Shown here: piece after piece, positions 42,648 to 55,073 of the stretch
How positions within the stretch are numbered: the stretch's first letter is position 1
How the letters are laid out: each line of letters starts with the position of its first letter
NCBI GenBank assembly: GCA_903916675.1
Contig: CAIWXQ010000029.1
Coordinates: forward strand, 14,376-78,375
DNA length: 64,000 nucleotides
Reading direction: 5' to 3'
Source: an uncultured bacterium
GTDB lineage: Bacteria > Verrucomicrobiota > Kiritimatiellia > RFP12 > CAIWXQ01
The notes under the pieces: model-generated
Databases searched by the model: none
What the model was told of the DNA's origin: nothing
Seen by the model: only the letters and a program-made list of their open reading frames with translations
Program-made: the position numbers and the translations under genes

Positions 42648-43435
42648 TCGGCATGACATCCGATACACGCCACGAAGCCTTTCCCGAGGAGCGCCGGGTC
42701 GAGATTCTGCGCCGGATCGAGCACGCCGGCCGCGTCTCCGTCCGCGAGCTCTCCCATGCGTTCGGCGTTTCCAGCGTGACGATCCGTGCCGACCTGCAGG
42801 CACTGGAGGCGCGCCGGCTGCTCACGCGCACGCACGGCGGCGCGGTGCCGGTCAGCCCCCTGCCGGAGATTTCGCTCGTGTTGCGCCGCCAGCAGCAGGC
42901 CGACGAGAAGAACCGGATCGGCGCGGCCGCGGCAGCCATGGTTGGTGATGGCGAAACCATTTTTCTCGACGCCAGTTCCACGTCGCTGGCGATGACGGCG
43001 CATCTCCGGCAGCGGCAGAACCTCACCGTGGTGACGAATGGCCTGGCCGTGGCGCAGAGTTTTCTGGATGCGCCGGGCGTGACGGTCGTCCTGCTTGGCG
43101 GCATCCTCCAGCGCGAGACCGCCTCGATGGTCAGCCTGGAAGGCGCGGCCGGCCTGCCAGCCGCCCGCCTGCAGAAAGGTTTCTTTGGGGCGCACAGCTT
43201 TACTGAGGCCGGCGGCCTGGCTGACGCCAGCGCCGCTGACGCAGAGGTGAAGCGCCAAATGGTCAAGCGCTGCCGCCGCGCCATTGCCGTGCTGGACGCC
43301 ACGAAGTGGGAGTGGACCGGCCTCCCCCGCTACGCCCGCCTGCAGGACATGCAGACCATCATCACCGACCGCCGGGCGCCACGCTCGCTGGTGCGCCAGG
43401 TGCGCAGCGCCGGAGTCGAAGTCATTCTGGTCTAA
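42644..43435 (+). CDS. DeoR/GlpR family transcriptional regulator
   Basis: [31 protein letters not shown]. Confidence 0.93.
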   Translation: MIGMTSDTRHEAFPEERRVEILRRIEHAGRVSVRELSHAFGVSSVTIRADLQALEARRLLTRTHGGAVPVSPLPEISLVLRRQQQADEKNRIGAAAAAMVGDGETIFLDASSTSLAMTAHLRQRQNLTVVTNGLAVAQSFLDAPGVTVVLLGGILQRETASMVSLEGAAGLPAARLQKGFFGAHSFTEAGGLADASAADAEVKRQMVKRCRRAIAVLDATKWEWTGLPRYARLQDMQTIITDRRAPRSLVRQVRSAGVEVILV

Positions 43436-43453
43436 GATCGCAAAGGAAATCGC

Positions 43454-45538
43454 ATGAAACCAGCTGACCGCAAAACCGCATGCAGCCAGACCATGAAGAC
43501 ACAGGGCGTGTCCCGGGATGACCTGCTGACCTACCTGCGCCAGATGATGGAAATCCGCGCGCTGGAGAACCAGATTGCGACCCTGCTGGGCCAGGCAACC
43601 CTGCGCGGCGCCTCGCACCTCTACGCTGGCGAGGAAGCCGTAGCCGTGGGCGCCGTCGCCGCGCTGCGCGATGACGACTGGATCACCAGCACGCACCGCG
43701 GCCATGGCCACGCCCATGCCCATGGCGATTGCCACGCCAAGACCCCCGCCGCGCGGCAGGAACACTACAACCAGATGATGGCCGAAGTGCTGGGCAAGTC
43801 CGGCGGATACTGCAAGGGGAAGGGCGGCTCCATGCACATCGCCGACGTGGCGCACGGCAACCTGGGCGCCACCGGCATCGTAGGCGGCAACCTGCCGGTC
43901 GCGGTGGGTGCCGCGCTCGCGCAGAAGCAGAAAAACTCCGGCCAAGTCGTGCTCTGCTTCTTCGGAGATGGCGCGTCCAACACAGGCAATTTTCACGAAG
44001 CGCTCAACATGGCCAGCATCTGGAAACTCCCGGTCGTGTTCGTCGTGGAAAACAACCTCTACGGCATGTCCGTGCCGTGGCGCGAAGTGAGCGCGCTGCC
44101 GGACGTCGCCTCGCGTGCCGCAGCCTATGGATTCCCCGGCATAATAGTGGACGGCATGGACGTACTGGCCGTGCGCGGCGCCGTGGCGGAGGCGGTTGCG
44201 CGCGCGCGGCGCGGCGAGGGACCGTCGCTCGTAGAGGCCAAGACCTACCGCTGGTTCGGCCACTCGCACTCGGACCCGCGCGTCTACCGCACCCGCGAGG
44301 AGGAGGCCGCGTGGAAGGCACGCGACCCCATTCACCGCACCCGCGACGACCTGATGGCCGCCGGACTGATGACCGAAGAAGCATTCGAGCAGATGAAGCG
44401 CGAGGTGGACGCCAAACTGGCCGCGGCTCTGGCGTTCGCCCAGACCTCGCCCGAGCCGAAGCCAGAGGAGGTTGACACTGACGTCTTCGCGCCAGCCCAC
44501 ACGACGCCGGCCGACTGCGCCGCCGAAGCCCAACTACGCCAGCGCCTGCGCGCCGAACCGCCCGCCCGCGTCATCACCTATGCCCAGGCCATTCAGGAGG
44601 CGCTGCGCGAGGAGATGCTGCGCGACGGACGCGTCTTCATTATGGGCGAGGATGTGGGCCTCTATGGCGGGGCCTATGGCGCCACGCGCGACCTGTTCAA
44701 GGAATTCGGCCCGTGGCGCGTACTCGACACCCCGATCTCCGAAGCGGCCATTGGCGGCGCTGCCGTTGGCGCTGCCATGGCCGGCCAGCGCCCGGTGGCG
44801 GAAATCATGTATGTGGACTTCACGCCGCTGGCCATGGACCAGATCGCCAACCAGGGCGCCAAGAACCGTTACATGTTCGGCGGCCGCACCTCCGTGCCGA
44901 TGGTCGTCCGTACCGAGGGCGGCGCGGGGCGCGCGATCGCCGCGCACCACTCGCAGAGCCTGGAAGCGCTCTGGACGCACTTCCCCGGCATTTACGTCGT
45001 CATGCCCGCCACGCCCTACGACGCCAAGGGGTTGCTCAAGGCGGCGATCCGCGACGACAACCCGGTGATGTTCATCGAGCACAAGATGCTCTACAAGGAG
45101 AAGGGACCGGTGCCGGAAGGAGATTATGTCATCCCGCTCGGCGTGGCGGACGTCAAGCGCATTGGCAAGGATGTGACGATCGTGACCTACTCGCGGATGG
45201 TACTTTTGGCGCTTGAAGCGGCCAACCGCCTGGCCCTAGAAGGCATCGACGTCGAGGTGGTAGACCTGCGCACGCTCAAGCCGCTGGACATCGACACCGT
45301 CGTGACTTCCGTGAAGAAAACCGGCCGCTTCGTCGGCGTAACCGAGGCGTACGAGAACACGAGCTTCATCAACGAGGTCATGGCGCAGGTGAACGAGGCG
45401 GCCTTTGACTGGCTCGACGCACCGATGGTGCGGGTGGCTGCTGCCAACGTGCCGGTGCCGCGCGCCGAGATCCTCGAGGATATTGCCATCCCGAACGTCG
45501 AGCGCATCATGGCAGCCTGCCGGAAGGCGGTGAAGTGA
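43454..45538 (+). CDS. Fused E1 alpha/beta ThDP-dependent 2-oxoacid/acetoin dehydrogenase
   Basis: STHRGHGH, GKGGSMH, GDGA...ENN ThDP motif, GEDVG, DTPISE, HSQS. Confidence 0.92.
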   Translation: MKPADRKTACSQTMKTQGVSRDDLLTYLRQMMEIRALENQIATLLGQATLRGASHLYAGEEAVAVGAVAALRDDDWITSTHRGHGHAHAHGDCHAKTPAARQEHYNQMMAEVLGKSGGYCKGKGGSMHIADVAHGNLGATGIVGGNLPVAVGAALAQKQKNSGQVVLCFFGDGASNTGNFHEALNMASIWKLPVVFVVENNLYGMSVPWREVSALPDVASRAAAYGFPGIIVDGMDVLAVRGAVAEAVARARRGEGPSLVEAKTYRWFGHSHSDPRVYRTREEEAAWKARDPIHRTRDDLMAAGLMTEEAFEQMKREVDAKLAAALAFAQTSPEPKPEEVDTDVFAPAHTTPADCAAEAQLRQRLRAEPPARVITYAQAIQEALREEMLRDGRVFIMGEDVGLYGGAYGATRDLFKEFGPWRVLDTPISEAAIGGAAVGAAMAGQRPVAEIMYVDFTPLAMDQIANQGAKNRYMFGGRTSVPMVVRTEGGAGRAIAAHHSQSLEALWTHFPGIYVVMPATPYDAKGLLKAAIRDDNPVMFIEHKMLYKEKGPVPEGDYVIPLGVADVKRIGKDVTIVTYSRMVLLALEAANRLALEGIDVEVVDLRTLKPLDIDTVVTSVKKTGRFVGVTEAYENTSFINEVMAQVNEAAFDWLDAPMVRVAAANVPVPRAEILEDIAIPNVERIMAACRKAVK

Positions 45539-46728
45539 TGGCCACGGAACTCTTCATCCCCAAGCTGGGCCAGACAGTCGAGGAGGTCAAGCTGGTCCAC
45601 TGGCTGGTCGCAGACGGCGCCAAAGTCTCCCAGGGGCAGGAGATCCTCGAAGTCGAAACCGACAAGGCCACCTTCCCCATCGAGTCGCCGACTGACGGCC
45701 ATCTGCACATCGGCCCCTTTCCGGAAGGCGAAGTGGTCCCTGTCCTTGCCGTCGTGGCCGTCATCGGCGGACCGGACGACTGCTTCGAGGCCCGACGCCC
45801 GTCCAACCCTGTTCCAACAACCATGTCCACTCCGACACCGGCAGCGGCTCGCGCCGCTGTGCCGCCTGTTGCCGCGTCCGTGCAGGAGGGCAGCACGTTT
45901 GCCTCGCCGCGCGCCCGGAAACTGGCGCGTGAAACAGGCGTGGACCTTGCCCAGGTTCGGCCGACCGGCGGCAACGGCACACGCATCGTAGCGCGGGATG
46001 TCGAAGCGCTGGCCGGCTCCGCACCGGTGGCCGGCGTCCGCGTGCGGGAACGTGTGCCGCTGACAGGCGTGCGCGGGCTGATCGCCGACAACATGGCGAG
46101 GAGCGTGCACACTACTGCTCGCGTCACGTTGCTGATGGAGATTGACGCCACGGCGCTGGTCGAGCTGCGCACACGCCACAAAGATCGTTTGTCCCACGAA
46201 TGGGGATTTGCGCCCGGCTACAACGACATCCTCGTAAAGCTGGTCGCCGAAGGCCTGCGCAAGTTTCCCTACCTCAACGCGCGCCTGGCGGCGGACGCCA
46301 TCGAATGGCTGGAGCCGGTACACATCGGGCTGGCGGTGGACACTGACCGCGGCCTTATGGTCCCGGTGGTCCGCGATGCGGACCAGAAGGGTCTGCGGCA
46401 GGTCGGCGCGGAGTTCCGCGAGCGGATCGAGCGCGTCAAGGCGGGGCGCGCCCTGCCCGACGAGCTTACTGGCGGCACGTTCACCATTACCAATCTCGGC
46501 ATGTACGACGTGGACGCGTTCACGCCGGTGATCCGCCTTCCTGAGGCGGCCATCCTCGGCGTGGGGCGCATCGCGCCCAAGCCGGCTGTGCGCGACGGCG
46601 TTATTGTGATCCGCCAGCTCTGGACGCTCTGCCTGGTCTTCGACCACCGCCTGGTGGACGGCGCACCGGCCGCGCGCTTCCTGCAATATCTGAAACAACG
46701 CATCGAGGGGATCGTCGAACTGCCGTGA
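45535..46728 (+). CDS. E2 dihydrolipoamide acyltransferase
   Basis: Lipoyl ETDKA, E3-binding ASPRARKLA, catalytic DHRLVDG. Confidence 0.93.
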   Translation: MMATELFIPKLGQTVEEVKLVHWLVADGAKVSQGQEILEVETDKATFPIESPTDGHLHIGPFPEGEVVPVLAVVAVIGGPDDCFEARRPSNPVPTTMSTPTPAAARAAVPPVAASVQEGSTFASPRARKLARETGVDLAQVRPTGGNGTRIVARDVEALAGSAPVAGVRVRERVPLTGVRGLIADNMARSVHTTARVTLLMEIDATALVELRTRHKDRLSHEWGFAPGYNDILVKLVAEGLRKFPYLNARLAADAIEWLEPVHIGLAVDTDRGLMVPVVRDADQKGLRQVGAEFRERIERVKAGRALPDELTGGTFTITNLGMYDVDAFTPVIRLPEAAILGVGRIAPKPAVRDGVIVIRQLWTLCLVFDHRLVDGAPAARFLQYLKQRIEGIVELP

Positions 46729-48068
46729 ATGCGAACCGGGGATATGCGCAGGAGACGCGCCTCAACGACTTCGCTCCGCAGGCGCGGGCACAGGCGCTGC
46801 GGGAGCTGGTCGCCGAGACGGCGCGCGCGAAGTCGCCGCGTCCACCCGTCGGCGACGCGGTCAACCTGCACATGCACACGTTTTTCTCGTACAGCGCCGA
46901 GGGCCGCTCACCCACAGCGCTAGCCTGGCTGGCGCGCCAGCAGGGCTTCTGGGCCGCGGGCATCGTGGATTTCGACGTGCTCGACGGCGTGGAGGAGTTT
47001 CTGGAAGCCTGTGACACGCTGGGCGTGCGCGGCACCGCGGGGATCGAGACGCGAGCCTTTCTGCCGGCGTTCGCCGACCGCGAGATCAACTCCCCCGGCG
47101 AGCCGGGCGTCTGTTATCACATGGGGGTCGGGTTCGTTTCCGGCATGACGCCCGACTGCGACGCCGGGATCCTCGCGGGGATGCGCCGCCAAGCAGAGGA
47201 GCGCAACCGTGAGATGGTCCGGCGCCTCAATGCGCACCTCGCGATTGTCGCGGTCGACTACGACGCTGACGTGCTGCCGCTCACGCCCAGCGGCAATGCC
47301 ACGGAACGCCACATCCTCGCCGCCTACCTGCAGGTCATGGCCCGCGCCGTTGACCCGGTCCGCCTCTGGGCGGCGAAGCTGGGACTGCCGGCGGAGCAGG
47401 TTGCCGCGCAACTTAACGACGGGCCGAAGTTTCAGAACCTGGTCCGCACCCGCTGGATGAAGCGCGGCTGCGTGGCCTATCTCCCGCCAGGTCCGCAGAC
47501 CTTTCCCGGTGTCGAAGAGGTCAACCGACTCACTCTGGCCTGCAGGGCGATCCCCTGCGTCGCATGGCTCAACGGCGCCTCTGCCGGCGAGCAAGCGCTG
47601 GAGGAACTGCTCGCGCTGCATGTGCGGCTGGGCGCCGCGGCGCTGAACATCATCCCCGATCGTAACTGGAATATCGCCGACGCGGATACGCGCCGGGCGG
47701 CCGTGCAAAACCTGCACCGCGCAGCAGCGATGGCGTGCGCGCTGGACCTGCCGCTACTTGCGGGGACGGAGATGAACAGTCCAGGCCAGAAGGTCGTCGA
47801 CGATTTTGACATCCCGGAGCTTGCGCCGTTGAAACCCGACTTCCGTGACGGCGCGGCCTTCCTGTACGGACACACCGTGTTACAGCGAGCTCGAGCGCTG
47901 GGATATTCCAGTGAGTGGGCGCAATCGCATTTTCCGGCGCGCCGCGAGCGGAACGCCTTCTACCGGCAGATCGGCGAACGCACACCCCCCGGGCATGATG
48001 CCATCCTGCGACTGCGCGCGCTGCCCGCAAACCCGTCGCCAGACAAGGTACTGTCATGGATAAACTGA
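46725..48068 (+). CDS. PHP-like domain protein
   Basis: VNLHMHTFFS, GIVDFD, GIE motifs resemble the PHP phosphoesterase fold. Confidence 0.65.
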   Translation: MNANRGYAQETRLNDFAPQARAQALRELVAETARAKSPRPPVGDAVNLHMHTFFSYSAEGRSPTALAWLARQQGFWAAGIVDFDVLDGVEEFLEACDTLGVRGTAGIETRAFLPAFADREINSPGEPGVCYHMGVGFVSGMTPDCDAGILAGMRRQAEERNREMVRRLNAHLAIVAVDYDADVLPLTPSGNATERHILAAYLQVMARAVDPVRLWAAKLGLPAEQVAAQLNDGPKFQNLVRTRWMKRGCVAYLPPGPQTFPGVEEVNRLTLACRAIPCVAWLNGASAGEQALEELLALHVRLGAAALNIIPDRNWNIADADTRRAAVQNLHRAAAMACALDLPLLAGTEMNSPGQKVVDDFDIPELAPLKPDFRDGAAFLYGHTVLQRARALGYSSEWAQSHFPARRERNAFYRQIGERTPPGHDAILRLRALPANPSPDKVLSWIN

Positions 48069-49759
48069 CCTCCTACCGCCAGGCCATTGCCCCCCTGCCC
48101 TCCACGCAGAAGCTCTGGCCGCTCTACGGCGCGGGGTTCGAAAACCTCGGCCGCAGCGCGAAGCCGGTTGACGCGCCGGTTCCGGCTTGCAGGCCGGACC
48201 AGCTGCTCGTGCGCCATGACGCCTGCGGCCTCTGCTTTTCCGACACCAAGGTGATCGCCCAGGGGGAGAACCACCCGCGCATCCGGCGCAATATGAAGCA
48301 GGAGCCCGTGGTGATGGGGCATGAAATCTCTCTGACCATTGTCGGCGTGGGCGAGCGACTGCGCGGGAAATATCACGTGGGCGAACGGCATACGATCGAG
48401 GCTGACCTCTCCTTCCGCGGCCAGCCGCTGGCCTACGGCTACATGCTGCAGGGCGGACTCTCGCAGTACACGGTGATCGACGAGCGCGTGCTCAACAGCG
48501 ACCACGGCAACTGCCTGCTGCCAGCCAACCCACAGCGGGGCTACGCCGAGATCGCGCTGGCCGAGCCCTGGGCCTGCGTCGTGGCGGCCTACACCCTCTC
48601 CTACCGCTCAGGACTGAAACCGGGCGGCACATGGTGGATTATCGGCGCCGGCGGCGCGAAGCGGTACCAGGTTAGTGCCGGCTTTGATGCGGCCGCACAC
48701 CCCGCCCGAGTGCTCCTGACAAACGTACCGGCTGACTTCGCGGCGGAAATCCGCACGCGCGCCAACTTGCTGGGCGTCGCGGTCACGGATGTGCCGGACT
48801 TGGCCCGGCTGCCGGTCGAGCAGGTGGACGACATCGCCATCCTCGGCGCCGATCCGCAGGTAATCGAGGCGGTCAGCCCGCACCTGGCGATGTCCGGCAT
48901 CCTGGCGATCCTGGCGGACCGGCCGATGCCGCGACAGGTGCGCGTGGACATTGGACGCATACACTACCACCGCTGGCTCTATGTCGGATCCACCGGCACG
49001 GACATTGCCCGCGCCTATACGGACACGCCGGTGCGCGCCATGCTCAAGCCGGGCGGCCGCGCCTGGTTTGTTGGTGCAGGCGGCCCCATGGGACGAATGC
49101 ACGTGCAACGCGCAATCCAGTTCGCCGGGCATCCGCGCATCATCGTCTGCACGGACGTCAGCGACGCTCGCCTGTCGGAACTGCAGGACTCTTTTGCCGT
49201 GGAGGCGCGGGCCAAGGGGATCCAGTTGGTCTGCCTGAATCCGACCCAGCCCGCCGCGTTCGCCGCGGGCATGCAGCCGTTCGCGAAGGGGTTCGATGAC
49301 ATCGTCGCGCTGGCGCCCGTTCCGGCCGTCATCGCCGAGGCAGCGACACACCTCGCGCCGGGCGGCGTCATGAACGTGTTCGCCGGCGTCGTGCGCGGCG
49401 TCATGGCCCCCATCAATCTGGACGACGCCTGCGGCAAGCAAACGCGAATCATCGGTCACTCCGGCTCTGCGAAGAGCGACCTGGAACTGGTCCTCGCGAA
49501 GACCAATGCCGGCGAGCTCTCGCCCAACCGCGCCGTGGCCGCCGTCGGATCGCTCGACGCCGCTTACGACGGCCTCCGCGCCGTCTGCGAGACACGTTTC
49601 CCCGGCAAGGTGGTGATCTACCCGAACATCCGCCCCTTCCCGCTCACGCCGCTGGAGGAACTGCGGACGAAGCTCCCCGCTGTGCACGCTTGCCTCAAGA
49701 ATGGGTGCGAATGGACAAACGAGGCGGAAGAAACATTTCTTCGCGCGCTGCTGCCGTAG
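48056..49759 (+). CDS. Extended zinc-binding (MDR) dehydrogenase, L-sorbose-1-phosphate-reductase-like
   Basis: GLCFSD, GHE, AEPWACV, GAGGPMG, GKVVIYP. Confidence 0.75.
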   Translation: MDKLTSYRQAIAPLPSTQKLWPLYGAGFENLGRSAKPVDAPVPACRPDQLLVRHDACGLCFSDTKVIAQGENHPRIRRNMKQEPVVMGHEISLTIVGVGERLRGKYHVGERHTIEADLSFRGQPLAYGYMLQGGLSQYTVIDERVLNSDHGNCLLPANPQRGYAEIALAEPWACVVAAYTLSYRSGLKPGGTWWIIGAGGAKRYQVSAGFDAAAHPARVLLTNVPADFAAEIRTRANLLGVAVTDVPDLARLPVEQVDDIAILGADPQVIEAVSPHLAMSGILAILADRPMPRQVRVDIGRIHYHRWLYVGSTGTDIARAYTDTPVRAMLKPGGRAWFVGAGGPMGRMHVQRAIQFAGHPRIIVCTDVSDARLSELQDSFAVEARAKGIQLVCLNPTQPAAFAAGMQPFAKGFDDIVALAPVPAVIAEAATHLAPGGVMNVFAGVVRGVMAPINLDDACGKQTRIIGHSGSAKSDLELVLAKTNAGELSPNRAVAAVGSLDAAYDGLRAVCETRFPGKVVIYPNIRPFPLTPLEELRTKLPAVHACLKNGCEWTNEAEETFLRALLP

Positions 49760-49776
49760 CGCGCCACGGAGGATCC

Positions 49777-50556
49777 ATGAAAAAACTGCTGCAGGATCGA
49801 ATCGCGCTCGTCACCGGCGGCGCGCAGGGGCTGGGACAGGCCATCTGCCAACGACTGGCAGCGGAAGGATGTCGCGGCGTGGCGGTTGCCGACCGCAACG
49901 AAGCCGCCGCGCGGGAGACCGTCGCCCACCTGCCCGCCGGGCTGGCGCTCCGGGCGGACGTGACCGACGAAGCACAGGTGGCAGAGATGGTAGACCGCAC
50001 TGTGCAGAAATTCGGCCAGCTCGACATCGTGGTCGCCAACGCCGGCATCCTCATCTCCGGGGAGATCAGCGAGTTCCCGGCTGACCAGTGGCGGCAGGTC
50101 CTGGAAGTAGATCTGTTCGGCTACTTCCTGACGGCCAAACACGCCGCGCGCGTAATGAAACCACAGAAGCGCGGCGTAATCCTCCAGATCAACTCCAAGT
50201 CGGGAAAGAAGGGCAGCTACAAGAACTCGGCCTACGCAGCCGCCAAATTCGGCGGCATCGGCCTGACGCAGAGCATCGCGCTCGACCTTGCGGAATACGG
50301 CATTCGCGTCAATGCCGTCTGCCCCGGCAACCTGCTGGATTCGCCGCTGTGGGTCAACTCGCTCTACCGCCAGTACGCCGAGAAATGGGGCATCACGGAG
50401 GCGGAGGTCCGGCAGCGTTACATGGACCAGGTCCCCATGAAGCGCAGCTGCACGTACGAGGACGTCTGCCACGTGGTGGCATTCCTGGCCTCGGACCAGG
50501 CCGCGTACATGACAGGACAGGCAATCAACGTCACCGGCGGACAGGAGATGCACTGA
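49777..50556 (+). CDS. srlD: SDR oxidoreductase, sorbitol-6-phosphate dehydrogenase-like
   Basis: TGGAQGLG, QINSKSGKKGSYKNSAYAAAKFGG, GNLLDSP, TGQAINVTGGQ match SrlD-type SDRs. Confidence 0.8.
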   Translation: MKKLLQDRIALVTGGAQGLGQAICQRLAAEGCRGVAVADRNEAAARETVAHLPAGLALRADVTDEAQVAEMVDRTVQKFGQLDIVVANAGILISGEISEFPADQWRQVLEVDLFGYFLTAKHAARVMKPQKRGVILQINSKSGKKGSYKNSAYAAAKFGGIGLTQSIALDLAEYGIRVNAVCPGNLLDSPLWVNSLYRQYAEKWGITEAEVRQRYMDQVPMKRSCTYEDVCHVVAFLASDQAAYMTGQAINVTGGQEMH

Positions 50557-51323
50557 TGGAACCCGCAACCGACATTCTGGGACAGCTGACCGCGTTTTCC
50601 AACCGGCTCGGCCGGCCGGAGAACGACTATGTGATCGTGGCTGAGGGAAACACCTCGGCGCGCGCCGACGACGCTACCTTCTGGGTCAAGGCCAGCGGCA
50701 CGGAACTGCAGACCATCCGTCCGGACGGCTTTGTCCGCGTGGTGCTGGAACGCGCACTGGCGATTGTCGCCCGTGCGGACGAACTGGACGATGACGCCGT
50801 CAAGCGCGCGCTGGAGAGCGCCAAGGCGGACGCCGGCGCGCCGGGGCGGCCCTCCGTTGAAACCCTCCTGCATGCGCAGCTGCTGTCGCTCGAGGGAATC
50901 AACTTCGTCGCGCACACGCATCCAACCGCAGTCAACGCGCTGACGTGCTCCGCCGCTTTTCCCAGGGCCTGCCGCGGAAGGCTATTCCCGGACGAGATCG
51001 TGCTCTGCGGCACAGCGCCGCTGCTGGTCCCCTACGTGGACCCCGGGCTGCCGCTGGCGCGCGCGGTCCGGACCCACCTGCGAAAGTATCTCGACACGCA
51101 CGGCCAGGCTCCCCGGATGGTCTTGATGCAGAACCACGGCCTGATCGCGCTCGGCCGCACGCCGCGGCAGGTGGAGGACATCACGGCCATGGCGGTCAAG
51201 ACCGTGCGTGTCCTGTCCGGAACGTTTGCATTCGGCGGCCCGCATTATTTGACGGCCCGGCAGGTCGCCCGGATCCACACGCGTCCGGATGAACTCTACC
51301 GGCGCCAGAAACGCGACTCGTAA
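50556..51323 (+). CDS. Class II aldolase/adducin family protein
   Basis: EGNTSAR, VKASG, PSVETLLH, HTHP, NHG; start overlaps the upstream stop. Confidence 0.88.
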   Translation: MEPATDILGQLTAFSNRLGRPENDYVIVAEGNTSARADDATFWVKASGTELQTIRPDGFVRVVLERALAIVARADELDDDAVKRALESAKADAGAPGRPSVETLLHAQLLSLEGINFVAHTHPTAVNALTCSAAFPRACRGRLFPDEIVLCGTAPLLVPYVDPGLPLARAVRTHLRKYLDTHGQAPRMVLMQNHGLIALGRTPRQVEDITAMAVKTVRVLSGTFAFGGPHYLTARQVARIHTRPDELYRRQKRDS

Positions 51324-51335
51324 GCCGGAGGCGTC

Positions 51336-52859
<1,524 letters not shown>

Positions 52860-52936
52860 TCGTACCCTGTAATCGTTGAAAAGGACCTGTTATGAGCACG
52901 ATTATTATACCTTGCCGGCAAAAATGGGCTGGAACG

Positions 52937-54028
52937 ATGAGCGACCGTGAGCGGTTCAACCGCCAGATGCACTACCAGCCGGTGGACCGCTGCTTCAACA
53001 TGGAGTTCGGCTACTGGGACGAGAACTTCAAGACGTGGGACGTTTTTGTCCGCCACGGCATCACGAACAATAGCGATGCGGACCGTTTCTTCAACTTCGA
53101 CCGGATCGAGCAGGTGCGGGGCATTACCGGTTTGCACCCGCTCTTCGAGCAGATTGTCGTGCGGGAGACCGCCACCACAAGAATCATCCGGAGCGGCGGC
53201 GGGCTCCTGGCCGAGGTGCCCAAGGACCAGCACGACACGATCCCGCACTTTTTGGAGTCCTCCATCAAGACCCCGGACGACTGGAAGCAGGTCAAGGCCG
53301 AGCGTTTTTCCATGGACCACCCCGCGCGAAAGGTGGATGTGGCCGCGCTCCAGCGCGCGCACCCGGCGAACCGAGATTACCCGCTGGGCGTCTGGACCGG
53401 CTCCATGATCGGGCACGTACGCAACCTACTCACCTTCGAGGGGCTCTGCTACGCCATCTACGACTACCCGGAGATGGTGGAGGACATGGTCGAGACGCAC
53501 TGCCGGCTCATCGAGCAGTTCCTTGACCAGGTGCTCGGCAACGTTGAGTTCGATTACGCATGTGGCTGGGAGGACATCTGCTTCAAGAACGGACCGATCG
53601 TGCCGGTGCCGTTCTTCTGCGACGTGGTTCTGCCGCGCTACGTGCGCATCCGCCAGCGCCTGCACCGGCACGGCATCACGCTCTGGTACACCGATTGCGA
53701 CGGCGATGTGCGCCCCATCCTGCCCTACCTCCTCGAAGGAGGCATCAACTGCCTTTTCCCATTCGAGGTGAACGGCTGCGCCCACCCCGCCGAACTGCTG
53801 CAGGAATACGGCAGGGACCTGCGCATCATGGGCGGAGTGGACAAGATGTCCCTGGGTGCCGGCAAAGAGGCGATTCGGAAATATCTGGAGAGCCTGACGC
53901 CCCTGGTCGAACGCGGCGGGTACATCCCTTTCTGCGACCACCGCTGCCCGCCCAATGTCAGCCCGGCGGATTATCTCTATTATCTCGACCTGAAAGAGTC
54001 GATGTTCGGCATTCCCGGAAGAATCTGA
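52937..54028 (+). CDS. Uroporphyrinogen decarboxylase-like (URO-D/CIMS fold) protein
   Basis: WEDICFKNGP, DCDGD, MGGVDK, GGYIPFCDH motifs. Confidence 0.8.
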   Translation: MSDRERFNRQMHYQPVDRCFNMEFGYWDENFKTWDVFVRHGITNNSDADRFFNFDRIEQVRGITGLHPLFEQIVVRETATTRIIRSGGGLLAEVPKDQHDTIPHFLESSIKTPDDWKQVKAERFSMDHPARKVDVAALQRAHPANRDYPLGVWTGSMIGHVRNLLTFEGLCYAIYDYPEMVEDMVETHCRLIEQFLDQVLGNVEFDYACGWEDICFKNGPIVPVPFFCDVVLPRYVRIRQRLHRHGITLWYTDCDGDVRPILPYLLEGGINCLFPFEVNGCAHPAELLQEYGRDLRIMGGVDKMSLGAGKEAIRKYLESLTPLVERGGYIPFCDHRCPPNVSPADYLYYLDLKESMFGIPGRI

Positions 54029-54044
54029 TTTTTTCACCAGCCGT

Positions 54045-54224
54045 GCGACATTATTTCGCGGCAGGCAGCCTCATTTCGGACATTTTGTCCGCCTGCCGCT
54101 GACACAAACTAAAGTAACGGCTGTGCCGCCATCCGGACTCGTACATGCAACCCACGTCAGATCAATGGCTGCCGCAGCTTTTTGTTCCACGCCAGGGACT
54201 TGGCTGCATGGCATGTTTTTTGCT
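54045..54224 (+). promoter_or_regulatory. Sigma-54 promoter with upstream palindromic UAS sites
   Basis: TGGCATGTTTTTTGCT at 54209-54224; GCGACATTATTTCGC (54045-54059) and CGGACATTTTGTCCG (54077-54091). Confidence 0.75.
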
Positions 54225-54338
54225 ATCATTCGCCGCGCATGTTGGCAACGAGATTTTATCTTGCCGGCATTAGAATTCCGTCGCGTGCGCCTCCGGTTCA
54301 TGAGGCACAGCCGTGGCGGCAAACGACAGGGGACAAGG

Positions 54339-55073
54339 ATGCTGACAGTTTGCGAGCTTCACAAGAGTTTCGGTCCCATTCAGGCTGTCCAGGGAGTCTC
54401 TTTCACCGTCAACAAGGGTGAAGTGCTCGGCTTTCTGGGGCCGAATGGCGCGGGCAAGACCACCACCATGCGCATGATCACCGGGTTCCTGCCACCTTCG
54501 AGCGGCACGGCCAAAATCTGCGGCCACGATATTCAGGAGGATCCGGTCGGCGCCAAGCGCTGCCTCGGCTACCTGCCGGAAAACGCGCCCAGTTACCATG
54601 CCATGACCGTTACCGAGTTTCTCACCTTCATTGCTGAGGTGCGTGGATTCCGCGGCAGCGACTGCCGCGACCGCGTCGAGGCCGCCATCGTGAAAAGCCG
54701 CCTCGAATCCGTGCGCAACCAGACCGTGGAGACGCTCTCCAAGGGATACCGCCAGCGCACCTGCTTTGCTCAGGCGGTCCTGCACGATCCTCCTGTGCTG
54801 GTCATGGACGAGCCCACCGACGGCCTCGATCCGAACCAGAAATTTGTCGTGCGTCAGATGATCCGTGACATGGCCGCTGAAAAGGCCATCATCATCTCCA
54901 CCCACATCCTCGAGGAGGTCGATGCGGTCTGCACCCGCGCCATTGTTATCGCCCGCGGCCGGATCGTCGCCAATGGCACGCCAGCCGAACTCCGGGCGCG
55001 CGCTCCGAACGGAAGGCTTGAGGATGTCTTCCGCACGCTGACCATGACCGAGGAGGTGCCGCGCCATGTGTAA
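54339..55073 (+). CDS. ABC transporter ATP-binding protein (GldA-like)
   Basis: GPNGAGKTT, LSKGYRQR, MDEPTDGLDP, STH. Confidence 0.93.
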   Translation: MLTVCELHKSFGPIQAVQGVSFTVNKGEVLGFLGPNGAGKTTTMRMITGFLPPSSGTAKICGHDIQEDPVGAKRCLGYLPENAPSYHAMTVTEFLTFIAEVRGFRGSDCRDRVEAAIVKSRLESVRNQTVETLSKGYRQRTCFAQAVLHDPPVLVMDEPTDGLDPNQKFVVRQMIRDMAAEKAIIISTHILEEVDAVCTRAIVIARGRIVANGTPAELRARAPNGRLEDVFRTLTMTEEVPRHV